Shown here piece by piece: positions 1 to 13,414 of a stretch of 64,000 bases of DNA. Within the stretch, counting starts at the first letter, position 1, and the number at the start of each line of letters is the position of its first letter. Below the pieces are notes generated by a model. The model searched no databases and was not told the DNA's origin. It saw nothing but the letters and a program-made list of their open reading frames with translations. Source of the stretch: Leucoraja ocellata. Taxonomy: Eukaryota. Location: assembly GCA_036785375.1 (NCBI GenBank), contig JAWMAR010000040.1, positions 7,626,001-7,690,000 on the forward strand, given 5' to 3'. The translations under genes were made by a program, and so were the position numbers.

Positions 1-129
1 GCTCAGTTATAAACTGAATGCTTTACACCCATCTTCATCGAATAATGAGATTATTGAAGGTTTCATAAAGAAAGGTTTTGTTGAGATTCTGATTAAGATG
101 AAAATTGATTTTTTTAAAAAGGATAGCCA

Positions 130-470
130 TAATAAAATGGATGAATTATCTGGTCTGGATGGGAAGCATCCAAGGTTGCTGAGAGAGACAAAAGAGGAAA
201 TTGCAGAAATCCCAGCCTTATTCTTCCAAATATCTGAAGATTCAGGAAGAGGTGTTTGAAGACAGGAGAACTGCAAATATTCCACTCTTGTTTAAAAATG
301 GATAGAAAGATCAACCCAGTAACCCTAGACCCTTCAATTTAACCTCAGTATTGAGGAACACTTTAAAAATTATCATGGACAGAATGAGCAGTCATTTGAA
401 CAAGTTTGATTGATCAGATAAAGCCAGCATTGATTTGTTAAATTAAATCATGTCCAAATGGAAACATAGA
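130..470 (+). mobile_element. Decayed CR1 LINE reverse-transcriptase fragment
   Basis: Broken reading resembling CR1 ORF2 (GLDGKHPRLLRE..EEIAE; PLFK; QH-FV..SC), with frameshifts and stops. Confidence 0.7.
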
Positions 471-2544
471 ATGCTATAAGCAAGAGTAAACTAATTAATC
501 CTCAGTCCAATCGTAGCTAACCATCTATCGTAATACCATGTTGCTGCCTCGCTCCATACTTCTTGATGTATTTTGTGTCTAGAAATCTCTCTTGCTCCTT
601 CTTCAGTATGGTAAATCACTTGACCGCCTCAGCTTTCTGTGATAAAGAATGACACACCGTAGGTTCAAGTGAAGGATCTGATGCCAAGAGATTGGACTAG
701 GGAATGCAGAGCCAGAATATCTTCCTTGGGTTGGGGGGGAGCATGCTGGTTGGAGGGTAGTTCAAGTTGGAGATCTCTAGCACACCCTGTTCCCTGTTAC
801 TCAACAAAAACCTAATCCAGTTTCATGTTTTACTCTGGCGAATCTCAGTATATCCTTCTTAAGATGCATGTCAATGACTGCTCACAATACAACTGGCATG
901 GACTAACTATTGTTTTGCATAGGTGTAGCAATAAACCACAACCCAGTTGGATTCAAATCACAGAATGGTTCCAGTACAGAAGAAGACCATTGTGTCCATG
1001 CCATCTCCACATTGGAGCAAGTCAATTCATGGTTGCTGGTAAGGCCATATCATCTTGGGGCTTTCTGTCATATTCTTAGAATTGAAGAGATTAGTCCGAC
1101 AACACATTCTTTGGTTTGCTAAGTTAATATTGTGTTGATAATTCCATGTTACCTTCTGATAATTGCATGCATAATTTGACATTGAATTTATGAATGCAGA
1201 CACCACGTCAACCATTTTCTAACCTGGTTGTACCTCTCCAACTTCACATATCATGGCTGCCAATGTCCAACACATTTCCTCATCAGTCCCTGACAGAAAT
1301 CATTCTATAAATGATTACCATGTATACTGTTAACTCTACGCAAGCAAGACATTTCATTGGCTGTGGTATAAATGACAGTAAACTAATCTGAACCTGAATC
1401 TAAAAAGTGACTAGCACGAGACTTTTTGTTTTAGGGTTCTTTTGTCTTTCAAGCATTTTGACCTCACTTACTGAAGTATTTATTTTCTTTAGTACACCAT
1501 ATCTTATTATGTATTAATAAGTTTGGGCAGAATAAGATAAATTCCTTTCAGAAGCTCTAACCTATCCAGATAGTTCAGGTTAGACAGGAGCATTATTGCA
1601 GAAATGTGTAAGTCGAGAAAGTCAATCCAGCAGCTGAATTTCTATGATGAAGCACTGTTTCAGCCCTGTACATGTCAACAATGACACAGACTATCAGGGG
1701 AATGCACTGAGGTTGAGGGCAAGCCAAAGTGCATTTTGCACACTTCACACTGTACCTAAAAAATATTTTTGTTATTACTTTACACTGCTAACTATTTCAA
1801 TTTTTAAGTTTGGATTTAATGCAAGTGATAAAAAGGTAATATTTCCCAAATGGATGCTCTCTTTCTTAGAAGCGTGCAAATATGGTTTTGGCATGTTAGT
1901 CTGGAATGTGGAGTATGGATGAAACTAACAGATTGCTCCCAGAAGAGTGGAGTCAGGAAAATACAGAATAACACATTCATTATGTACTGTTTCGATTAAT
2001 TCCTAATTTAGTAGCAATAAACGCATGGCAGATAAATCGGAAAGCTCTATTTGCACAGGTTGCAAATGTCATGGAGGTATTGAGGCATTCAGTTACAAAG
2101 GAATTTTATTGCTGTAATTCATTCAACTATATTGAAAATAAATCTCTTTTTTCTGACCTGAACCTGAGCAACTTTATAAGATTTTGGGCTTGTTCTTCGA
2201 TTACATTTCACATATACTTTCTTGAAATAATTTCTTCCTCTGAATTTTCTTTAAATAACAGTCAATTTTGTTTAGTATCGAGCAATTGAAGTCTCAGACG
2301 TGTCATTATTGAGAGATTTTGCAGAGGAATGTTCAGAAACCTGTGTGCTATTTTGGGAAAGTGTTTAACTATCTTGTAACTGGAAAGCCTAAAGTTACAA
2401 GTATTTTAAAATTGAAATATTCCAAAGAGCCTGCAATCGATATCAATGTTTGACACTGTTATTTAAGTAATAGTCACATCTAGTTTAATCTAAAGAGTAT
2501 TAAAATGCATTATAACATTATATTATGAATTTTGTTTTTTGTCT

Positions 2545-3250
2545 CCACCCCTTTCTGATTTCCGCAGAGACCGTTCCCTCCGAAACTCTCTGGCCAACTT
2601 GTCCCTTTCCACCCAAACCACCCCCTCCCCACGTACCTTCCCCTGCAACCGCAGGAGATGCAATACCTATCCCTTTACCTCCCCCCTCGACTCCATCCAA
2701 GGACCCAAACAGTCTTTCCAGGTGAGGCAGAGGTTTACTTGCACCTCCTCCAACCTCATCTACTGTATCCGCTGTTCCAGGTGTCAACTTCTCTACATTG
2801 GTGAGACTAAGCGCAGGCTTGGCGATCGTTTCACTGAACATCTCGGCTCAGTCCGTCCAAAACCTACCTGATATCCCGGTGGCTCAGCACTTCAACTCCC
2901 CTCCCATTCCCAATCTTTCCTTTCTTTCCTGGGCCTCCTCCATTGTCAGAGTGAGGCCCAGTGCAAATTGGAGGAACAGCACCTCATATTTTCCTTGTGT
3001 AGTTTACACCCCAGCAGAATGAACACTGACTTCTCTAACTTCAGATAGCCCTTGCTTTCTCTCTCCATCCCCTTCCCCTTCCCAGTTCTCCCACTAGTCT
3101 TACTGTCTCCGACTATATTCTATCGTTGCCACGCCCCCTCCCCTGTAATCAGTCTGAAGAAGGGTCTCGACCCAAAGCATCACCCATTCATTCTCTCCAG
3201 AGATGCTGCCTCACCCGCTGAGTTACTCCAGCATTTTGTGTCTGCCTTCA
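2545..3250 (+). mobile_element. Penelope-like element 3' fragment (GIY-YIG endonuclease plus 3' pLTR with degenerate hammerhead motif)
   Basis: ORF 2539-2871 contains NLIYCIRCSRCQLLYIGETKRRLGDRFTEHL, then VAQHFNS. Downstream gtctgaagaagggtctcgacccaaagcatcacc at about 3152 has the GAAA core mutated. Confidence 0.88.
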
Positions 3251-3984
3251 AATATTGCAAATGTTGTCTTCAAAATCTAATCCACCCATCCTGGACATGC
3301 ATTCCATGTTTCCCTGATCCTCTAAACTTTGTGCTGCACAATTTATCATGTGATCCCTTGTTTTGTTCGACCTATATCAAATTTCTCTATGTTGAAATCC
3401 CCCTGGCATTTTCTGTTCCAGCCTAATCACTCCTTTGATATCTCTCTTTAGCTGAGAATTATTTCCCTCACTATCAACCATTCAGTCAAAATGTTATTGT
3501 AATAAATCTGTTAATTCTGTTGCCTATTTTGTCTGAACCAATTATAACAGACCAATAACAGCAACAGACCCAGTAATGACCTGCAGACCTACTATATTCT
3601 GGCCTTTGATTACAAATCAATTCCAGTGATTATTATATTTTTGCTTTCTGTCACTGAACCAATTTCTAATCCAGTTATTCCTTTTAATTTTTTCATTATT
3701 CTTCAATGTAAGACTTTTTCTTCAGATGCTTTGCTAAAATGCTTGTACACTACATGCACTACAGTCTTCAGCAATTCTCAATACACTCTTGAAAAATTCA
3801 AAGTAATCAGACCTGACCTCTCCCTAATTACTCTATGCTGACTATCATTGTTTAGCACATGGTCCTCTAAATGCCATCTATCGGAAGGTTTTTTACCAGT
3901 AATTTCTCACTATTGACTGCTTTGTGTTTATCAATTTTATTCCTTTTTGAGCAATGAAACCATGGAAGGAATCTGCCTGTTTGT

Positions 3985-4265
3985 TTAGATTGGAGATACA
4001 GCATGGAAACATTCCCTTCATCCCACCAAGTCCATGCCGACCAATGATCACCCACACATTAGTTCTATCCTATGCACTAGGGACAATTTACACAAGCTAA
4101 TCTGCCAACAAACCTGCACGTCTTTGGAATGTGGGAGGGAACCCAGAGAAAACCCACAAGGTCACGGGGAGAATGTACAAACTACATACGGACAGCATCC
4201 TCGGTCAGGATTGAACCCGGTTCTCCAGCGTTGTAAGGCAACATCTCTACCACTCTACCATGGCT
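3985..4265 (-). mobile_element. tRNA-derived V-SINE (HE1-like)
   Basis: Reverse strand has a box B-like gggttcaatcctgac, a V-domain (tcccacattccaaagacgtgcagg) and a CR1-type 3' tail. Confidence 0.8.
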
Positions 4266-5199
4266 TTGAAACGTCACCATAGCCAAAGAGCATGGGTAAA
4301 GGATGGTTAGAATTAGAATAATTTCTTTCCTTGCTTCATTTAGGAATCCGGGATACATTTTATCCACTTTTAAATATTAAGAGTCCCATAATCTATGCAC
4401 TTACTCTATGTTTATCACATCCAATACTTCTGTATTTTACTTCCTAAATATCAATGCTCATACACCACCACCATCACCACCCCACCTCCACCTCTCAGTG
4501 AAGGCATGCCAAATGTTCACTCAATATTCTACATGAGCCTTCTGCCTGCGCACACAGATCTTCATTTTGGTCTCTAACAGGTCTTAATTTGTAGAGTATT
4601 TTTGGATCTTCAATGATTTTTACCTCCTAATATTTCTCATGCATTTTCTTTTCCTCTTAATTTCCATTTGTAATTTCTCTCTGCACATTCTGTACTCATT
4701 TAATTTATTTTTTATCTTCCATACATGAACCATGTGGTTTGCATTCGTGATGTGAATTTTGTGTAGTTAAAACCTACATAGGTCATTAATAAGAGCTTCC
4801 AATGTGTTTTACGCAGAATTTCCCAGCAATATAAATCCTTTTCCATTCATCGTACAAATCCTTGGCAGTCCACCCTTTGTTGAGGCTGCAGCACTTCAAC
4901 ATATTGAAAGTATTTGTCTTCATGTCAAAGACAAGCATAATCCTTCATGTCAAATAATGAATGAAAAACACTGGAATAAATTTATCCACTTTCTTGCAGT
5001 ACTTGAAATTCAATAATCTCTACTATTTTTAAGAGTTCAATCCTTATTATATATGACGAGTTAAGTGTGGTTGATATTATTTAGCTGGATTGTACTACCA
5101 GCTGTCACATCTGTTTAGTTAAATTTGACTATGAAACAAAAAAATGATTTTATAAATGGTAACATTTCTAAAATCCTGTCGGATGTCTTTATTTCCAGA

Positions 5200-6095
5200 G
5201 TCAAAGCCATGGAGTGATACAACATGGAAATAGGCCCTTTGTCTCAACTGTTGGATGATCAGCCATGATCATATTGAATGGCGGTGCAGGCTCGAAGGGC
5301 CGAATGGCCTACTCCTGCACCTATTTTCTATGTTTTCTATGTTTCTATGTCCCATGCCGACCAAATTGTTCCAGCTAAGCTAGTCCCATTTTCTTGTTTA
5401 AGAAGGAACTGCAGACGCTGGAAAATCGAAGGTGGTCAAAAATGCTGGAGAAACTTAGTGGGTGAGGCAGCATCTATGGAGCGAAGGAAATAGGCAACGG
5501 TTCGAGTCGAAACCCTTCATCAGAACCCATTTTCTTGTGCTTAACTCGTATCCCTCTAAACCTTTCCTATCCATGTATGTCCAAATGTCTTTAATATGTT
5601 GTTAATTGTACCTGCCTCAATCACTTCCTCTGGCAACTTGTTTCATGTACCCACCATCCTTTGTGTGGAAAAGCTGTCTGTCATGTTGTTATTAAATCTT
5701 TCTTCTCTCACCTTAAACCAATGTCACCTCGTTCTTCATTCCTGCACCCTGTGCATTCACCCTTTCTATTCCCTTTGTGATTTTATTCACCTCTATAACA
5801 TCACACCTCAGCCTCCTGCACTCCAAGGAATAAAGTCTCAGCCTACCCAACCTCTCCCTATAGTTCAGGCTCTTGAGTCCTGGCAACATCCTTGTCAATT
5901 TTCTCTGCACTTCTTCCAGATTGATGGCATCGTTCCAATAGCAGGGTGATGAAAATTGAGCACAATACTTCAAGTGAGACATCAATGACGTCTTGTACAA
6001 CTCTAACATAATGTTAAACTTCTATATTCTATTCCCTAACTGATGGAGGCCAGTGAGCCGAAAGCCTTCTGCACCACCCTATCTCCCTGCGACAC
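5200..6095 (-). mobile_element. CR1 LINE 3' fragment with nested insertions
   Basis: ORF 5713-6009(-) reads LKYCAQFSSP...EEVQRKLTRMLPGL...LYSLECRRLR. It contains a nested + strand CR1/HE1 tail at 5250-5350 ending (ttctatgt)n. Confidence 0.82.
5398..5525 (-). mobile_element. Penelope-derived hammerhead mini-element with 13-bp TSD
   Basis: Flanked by exact cccattttcttgt at 5385-5397 and 5526-5538. Reverse strand starts ctgatgaagggtttcgactcgaaccgttgcc. Confidence 0.8.
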
Positions 6096-7819
6096 CAGTA
6101 AATCTTGACAATTTTCTTTCTCGGAAGTTTCATTGCCTTCAATAGATACAGTATAGTGCTTGTCCTGTACACGTGAAAATTACAGTATAAACAATTTTAA
6201 AGTGGGTTGTATATTTCATGGGCATGACAATCTTATATTCCTAAAATACTTCATTTTTCATAGATTTTGAATCAAAGTGTATGAACAATTTTAAGATAAA
6301 AAGTTAGTTCAGTGAGAATATTGCCTCTTTGGTTGGAAGTTCACCTCTCAGTTAATAGGTGTTTTGTTGAATGGAAGTCCCACTCCAGTACCTTTGATAT
6401 AGTATCTAGTGCTCTTGTGCTTTCCTGAATGTAGAGCTGAGGATCTCTTTATTTGTGGAGCGTATCCTCATAAGGTGCAGGAACATTCTTCCTGATTGCC
6501 TGACCAATATTTATTATCTAACCTGCTCACCAGAACACTTCACCTCCTCATTATCACAGTGTTGTTTCTGACATTTCATTGCAAACAAATTGATGCAGCA
6601 TTTTCAGTTAGAGTGACAACAGTTCTAACAATGCTTCTTTACATGTTTATTGCCTTTGTATTTGCTGAGGACTTGAAAAACAATGTATCAAAGTTCAATT
6701 TTCTCTAGATGCTGTCAGCCATGTCTCTCATAGACTTTAAGGCAAATTCATTTCACGGACCTTTATACACATAGGAGTCCAGCTCCAGTCTTGCACATTG
6801 TTTTGAAGAGAGCCATTCCTTTCTTCCTGAAGACAGTTAATTGCTGCTTGCCAACAATTAGACTATACCACTGTGCAGCATCTGGAGAATGAGGTCAAGG
6901 TTTCTGTTGTAGCACAGACAAAGGCAACCTTAAGTATGAGTGCAGTCAAGCACTCTCAAATTACTGTTTTGGGATCTGTCCTATGGCAGATAATAAGACA
7001 AAATGATATGCTGGAAATGGTAGTAACTCCATGGAGTTGTCTCAAAATTCCCCTCCTTCCCTCCACTGTCTCCCCGTCTGTTCATAATCCCTACCTCATC
7101 TGGTTGTACCTGTCACCTACCAGCCTCTGTCTCTTTCCACTTTCTCACCTCTTTATGTTGGCTATCTTCCCTTTACACCTTCAGTCATGATGCAAGGTCT
7201 TGATCTAAAATGTTGACCAGTTCTTTCCTCCACAGATGTTGCTTGATCTGCTGTGTTCCTCCAATAGCTTATTTTTTCCCCTCTATGCTATCACTATGGT
7301 TACACCAAAACATTTCTACAAAGAGCTTTGGCTTGACATCAGGGAGGTCCATATGATTTCATCCATTAAGCATTGTTGACAGGAAGTATGGTCTATCACC
7401 TCATACTGTGGCTGTTATCACTTCACACTGAATAAGGAGTTTGACATCACAAGAGAATGAACCATTAGCTTCCTGAACAGAAACAATATTTACTAAGAAG
7501 TGCGCAGTGTAAATGTGAATTAAAAAATCCTGGGTAATCCCAAATATTACTGCTCTTGCAGTCTTAAACAAACCAATCATCCAAGGGACAGTAAATTCAA
7601 ACCTTGCACTGATTTAATGAAAAATACAACTGTAGTGGCCATTTGGCATGTTTTGCATGTCATTGAGAATGGCATGTGCCTTTAAATTTTAGACTGCCCG
7701 TTATATTGTGGGTGGGATTTATGACATGTTTTTGGGCGTGTTTGGAGCTTAGCTGCTTGCGCAGAAGTTTAGTTTTTAGATTAGTTTGGAGAGCCATGGG
7801 GAAGATTAACCCTTCTACT

Positions 7820-7872
7820 ATGTAAGAGCCACATGTAAGAACATGTAAGAGCCACATGTAAGAACATGTAAG
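7820..7872. repeat. Tandem repeat of a 23-bp unit (atgtaagagccacatgtaagaac x2.3)
   Basis: Seen directly in sequence. It lies in an LTR-like segment (about 7698-8156) with AATAAA at about 8044. Confidence 0.85.
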
Positions 7873-8499
7873 CATGTGGGGTCCACGGGAGATCTAAAGG
7901 AGATCATGCGGGATCATGTGGATCTTGCCAGTGTTACGGAGACACGAGGAGTATATTAATGTCTAAAGTAATAAGCTGGAGCGAAGAAGATTGCAGTAAC
8001 GAGTCGGGAGAAACTTGGATGTATTTCACTGTTTTCTATCAACAATAAAGCATTTATTCATCAAAAGACTGTGTTTTGAAGTCATATCTGAGAAGAAGCT
8101 CTGAAGGTCTCTGTGAGTGAGCTTGCATGCGTTTAGAAGACACCCCCTTCAACCATGCTCATCCAAATAGTGGCTAGGGTGCTAATTACCTGAAAGATAT
8201 GAAAATCTGCTGCTACGACAACTATTTGGCAATTATTCATCAAACATTTGCATTTACCTATATTTTTTCTTCAATTGTTTTTTAGGCCATATTGCAAAAG
8301 CAGCTTAATTTTATTAATGCTTAATTTATTGAAAGCTGAATTGTAACAGTAGCTGGTTTAACATAAAACAGGACAGCACATGAACAGGTCTCTGTCAGAC
8401 ATAATGTCAAGACCAACTCTTATCTGCTTTCACATAATTGATATTTCTCCATTCCCAGCATATCCCTTAACACGTGCATCTCCAAAAGTCTCTTCAAGA

Positions 8500-8920
8500 T
8501 GCAATAGAGGTGAAAGCAAGGCAAAAGAGGGAAACTATAGGCCGGTTAGCCTGACTTCAGTGGTTTTAGAATCCATTATTAACAATGAGTTTTCCGAGTA
8601 CTTAGAAGCACATGAGAAAATAGTCTCTTGTCTAGAGTAGGGGAATCTAGGACAAGAGGACATAGGTTTAAAGTGAAGGGGAAAAGATTTATTTGGAATC
8701 TGAGGGGTGACTTTTTCACACAAAGGGTGGTGAATGAGCTGCCAGAGGAGATAGTTGAGGCAGGGACTATCCCAACATTTAAGAAATAGTTAGACAGGTA
8801 CATGGATAGGACAGGTTTGGAGGGATATGTACCAATCGCAGGCAGGTGGGACTAGTGTAGCTTGGACATGTGGGCTGAGTTGGGTCGAAGAACCTGTTTC
8901 CACGCTCTATCACTCTATGA
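8500..8920 (+). mobile_element. CR1 fragments (RT start joined to 3' end)
   Basis: KEGNYRPVSLTSVV motif followed by a CR1 3' end (RGHRFKV.G..F; FFTQRVV) and 3' UTR. Confidence 0.8.
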
Positions 8921-11004
8921 CTAATAAAAGACAGTTGCTTGCCCTTCTCGAATAGGCCCCACTCTATGGGGCCTTTATTGGTTAAATAGTTGCAATTCAG
9001 ATTTTGCTGCTCAGCAGATTTGAATACAGTGGTGAGGGACAAATGTGGCAGTACCACCAAATAATGCCTGGTATTTCCTCCTGATGGCACGCTACAATTG
9101 GTTTTTCTACAGTTAATTAATCAGCTTATTTCTGGCATTGTAAAGAGATCTGGTATTTGGCAGTGTCACATTTTACAATGGATACATTAATATATTGTGG
9201 AATACTTGACATAGGATGGCAGAATTGCAGAAATCTAATGAAGTAGAATTTTTGAGGACTAGTTGAAGAGTGTTTTATTAATATAGCACATTCCTGACTC
9301 AGAGCTGCAAGAAACCTGAACTGATGATCTAACATTTATACCACAAAGCAATTATTTTCTTTGTACACCATCCATTCTGAGAGATAAATTTAATTATGCT
9401 TAGAAATAGGATACAAAACATAAATCATAACCTATTAGTGGAATTAAATATTTTTTTGGTGACAAGTGAGGCAACAACTCTTGGTTTTGGACATATTTGT
9501 TTGAGAAAATTACAATCGTTTACTTATTTTTGCTACATTTTTTCTGCACTTTATTAAAAATTGATATACAGAAAAACTAAAACACGTAAAAGAGTATAAT
9601 GTTACATTTAATCAAAATTTTAATTATTGTTCCAATTCAAGGTGGTAAGCAAGTTCTAAGATGTGACCCATTTGCTTGTGGGGTCCATTTCTTCCTCCTG
9701 GCATCTTTTCCTTCTTTCCTTCCGGATCTGCACATTATTTTGTAACTTTCTTTCTGTACTGTTAAACAAACCTGGGTTGGGAGATGGAAAGGGAAATGAA
9801 GATAAACATACATTACATGGTGGGTTAAATTATGTCCAAATTAAGTCCAAAATAACCTGGAGACACAGGAAACTGTAGATACTGGAATCTTGAGCAAAAA
9901 TGTAAATGCTGGAGGTTCCAACCTGAAACATCATCTGTCTATTCCCTCCATAGATACTGCCTGAATCGATGAGTTCTTCCAGCACATTACACTTTGTCCA
10001 ACATAGCATAGTGTACTGTCAACCCCAATAACTGCGGTTCTCAAGTTATTAAGTTTTTATCTCTTCACTGCATCAGTTTGCAGTATTTTAACCTCTGACT
10101 GATCTTGACATGAACCTCTTTGTTTGTAGGTAGTCTAGACTCACCATGTTAATATTCTCTGCGTTGTTCCTTGATTTACATTAAAGCATGATTTGAAGAA
10201 AATTCAGGAGAGTAAGAATGTGCAGATAATTAATAATTGCAACAACATAAGGAGTATAAAGTTAATTCTATGTTGTAATCAACCACAGTAATTGAGAACT
10301 ATTCTTTGAAAGTCCAGTTAGAGTTCTGAGGTTGGCAAGGGACAACAAGTTAAGCCATGCCAACAACTAACTCTGTCAACAATTAAAGAATTAGAGATTT
10401 TATCAGCTCATCTGATATTGATCAATAAAGAATTTAATTCACCAAACTTTCAACTTCATCCAAGGTATTGCACATTTCATCAACACAATTAACCATAATT
10501 ATTTTTGGTGCTTTCCTAATTTTGAGATAGATTAGTAACACGTATTCTGGACATCACTTGTTCTCCTCAACCAATGGATTATTAAAAATATATATTCTTT
10601 AATTTTTTGCACAATTTTTTTTTACGGGAAAAGCTAAATAGAAAAATATACTTCACATTGTTAAAGTTCTTAAAATTGAAAGTTATCATAAGTAGCAGTG
10701 CACTCGGCCCAATTTTCCATTCTATTGATGTCAATGAAAACAATAATCAGAGGATGTTTTGATAGGTGGCAGGTTTGCTGCCTAACCTTTCCTGCTTCCA
10801 CTGAATTTGCAGTTTTTCTCCCCTCATCTACCAGGTATCATTGATGGAGAATAAGAAGTAATAATGGTTACAAAGAAATCTAAAAAACAAATTGCCTCAA
10901 GCGTGCTTAAGAATGTGGAATGTGAAGAGCTGATGGTGGCAGATTCTCAAGCACATTTAGGTATGTGGACAAACACTTGTATAGAACAGATGCTGGTAAA
11001 TGGA

Positions 11005-11250
11005 ATTTGTACAGATGCTGGAGGCACACAGGCAGCATCTGTGGAGGGAAATGGATGGACAATGGTTACGGTCAGGATCATTCTTCAGACTGATGGAGTG
11101 GAGGGGAGAAAACTGGGAGAGAGAGGTGGGGGGGGAAGGGGTAGGGCAAGAACTGGCAAGTGATAGGTGGATTCAGGTGCGGAAGCAACAGTTGGCAGAT
11201 GAGTCAGGTGGGATAGTGATGGGTAGAGATAGTAACCAAGGCTGGAGGTA
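11005..11250 (-). mobile_element. Decayed Penelope-like 3' pLTR segment
   Basis: ggcagcatctgtggagggaaat...atcattcttcagactg followed by a purine-rich region, matching the reverse complement of PLE 3' ends elsewhere in the window. Confidence 0.65.
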
Positions 11251-11366
11251 AAGTAAAGAAGACAAAAGGATAAACCTTACCAAGTAGTACTACAAACATC
11301 CATTCTCGTGTTACTAAGAAAGGAATGAAGAATGTAGAAAAAGGCACCAGGTATTGTGAAAAACAA

Positions 11367-11467
11367 AGGTACACAAAAAAGCTGGAGAAACTCAGCGGGT
11401 GCAGCAGCATCTATGGAGCGAAGGAAATAGGCAACGTTTCGGGCCGAAACCCTTCTTCAGACGTTTC
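11367..11467 (-). mobile_element. Penelope-derived hammerhead mini-element with 14-bp TSD
   Basis: TSD attgtgaaaaacaa at 11353-11366 and 11468-11481. Intact motif at 11430-11462. Confidence 0.88.
11430..11462 (-). ncRNA. Minimal type I hammerhead ribozyme motif
   Basis: Reverse complement reads GU-CUGAAGA-A-GGGU(UUCG)GCCC-GAAACGUU-GCC. Confidence 0.7.
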
Positions 11468-11852
11468 ATTGTGAAAAACAAGATTCATTGTGGATTAAAG
11501 AAGTTGAATTACATTTTTAACCTTCTTTAAGCAAAAGAAAGATTTACATAGTTAAAATCTTATCTCAGAAATTCCTCAAAATTTCTCACTGAAAAATTAA
11601 TTAGTTTTTGAAATGTACTATAATGAATTCCCAGTTGGCAAATATTGTAATTATGTTGCAACTGGAAGATACCACCAACAGAAATGAAAGGAATATATTT
11701 GCTCTTGGTATTTGATATGAAAAAATGGCCTGATGTAAACAAAAAACCCTTGCTGTTCTCCAAATAGGGAGTGAATCTTTAAACTATACTATACAAATCC
11801 GACAGCTTTTTGGTTAAATATCTCTCCAAAGAAGGTGCTTCTGACTATGCAA

Positions 11853-13120
11853 TGCCCCTGTCCCACTTTCATGACCTAATTCACGACCTCTGCCGAGTTT
11901 GCCCTTGACTCATACTCCCAGCATGGTCGCCACGAGGTCGTACGAGGTCGAACGAGGTCGTGGGTAGGCCGTAGCAGGTTGTGATGCTAGTCGTAGGTAC
12001 TCGTAGCATCAAGTAGGTAGCGGCGTTTTTTCTAGCCTGATAAAAAATGTCAACCAGTAAAAAAAAGGTTGGCATGGAAAAAATCGATACTGTTTACTCG
12101 TAGGTAGGTCGTAGTAGGTCATGATGCTAGCCGTAGGTAGTCGTAGGTGGTCAGAGGCAGTCGAAAGTAATAGCTCCGGGGTGAAAAAAAGGTCAGTAGA
12201 AAGAAAAAGGTCATTTAAACAGCAGAACGTCACCTCTGTCACTCCAAGGCATGTTCATTCATAGTTGGAGAGTTTTTTTGGAGAGGAGACTTGTGTTTTA
12301 GAGATGGCACCAAAAAGGCAGCAGAGCAGGGGGAGGGCACAACACTAAAAAAAGACCTGCCATGCAGGTGTTGCCCACCCAAGAGGAGGAGTGGCAGGAG
12401 GTGATCCCACAGGCGGTGAAAGTGAAGAAGAAGGTAGCCCTGCATGGGAGACCCCTGGAGGAGGAGACCAGGGTGGTAGTATATGTCCCCACCATCACCC
12501 CATCCTTCACTGCCTCATTTGAAGGCAGCAAAGCAGCCCTTTCTCCTGTGTCTGACAGCATCAGAGGCAGATGCCCCATTGGTGGTGAGGGAGGGCTGGA
12601 GGAAGGTTATGCCCTACACCTTCACCTGGCAGCAGGAGGGGAACCTTGAGGAATGGTTCCAGCAGAATGCCATCCTGTACGAAAAGGAAAATGAGGGGGA
12701 CAGGGACAAGAATGGCATGCTTGCAATCCACTGCCCCACATGTGTGTGCTTAAAGTTCCATCTTTTGTCAAAGCCCACCGCCACTCTCTTCCAGTCATCT
12801 GGTGTACTGGGACAGTCCATCACATCACCTCCATTCACCCATTGGGACCTCTTCTTGTGCTTCCTCTTCACTCTTGCTCTTCCCCTTCTGCCTTTTTTAA
12901 AAGGCTGTTGAAGCAAAAGGGCCACTGCAAACAGCAGTAAAACGTGTATAGTCTTCAACATAGTCGAAGGTCGAAGGAGGTCTTCTTCATAGTCGTGGGA
13001 GGTCTGCAACATAGTCGTGGAAGGTCATAGGAGGTCGTAGGTTACAGCGACCTTGATTTTTTAAGGTTGTTTAAGGTCGTCAGAGGTCGCAAATTAGGTC
13101 GTGAAAGTGGGACATGCCCC
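11853..13120. mobile_element. Internally deleted PIF/Harbinger DNA transposon
   Basis: TIRs tgcccctgtcccactttcatgacctaatt / aattaggtcgtgaaagtgggacatgcccc, CAA/TAA flanks and aggtcgt subterminal repeats. Minus strand has a transposase remnant (CPSTPDDWKRVAVGFDKRWNF). Plus strand has a Myb/MADF-like remnant (YTFTWQQEGNLEEWFQQNAILYEK). Confidence 0.85.
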
Positions 13121-13414
13121 TAAGTCTCCCACTTCACTACATTGGACTTGGAAGCAAGTTTGCATATGAATTTGTCTATTGCAAATTGAAATCACCTCCT
13201 CTATTTGACTAGTATTACATGCTCTGTGCTAAGAATGAATTTGAATTTGTATTTGTACTTTCAATTATTACCTCCTCAAATGTTGGTTTGACCCATTCTT
13301 CCATTCTAACCTCCTTCAGTTTTCATGGGAAATTCCAAAACCGACTATCTTAACCAACATTTTGATCAGCTGCCTTGCTGTAACGTCCTTTGGGTCTACA
13401 GCAGTTTTGGAGAA

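Noticed and set aside
11925-12170. Short regularly spaced repeats (aggtcgt) resembling a CRISPR or satellite array
   Set aside because: Subterminal repeats of the Harbinger element, mirrored at 12955-13100. No unique spacers, and the context is eukaryotic.
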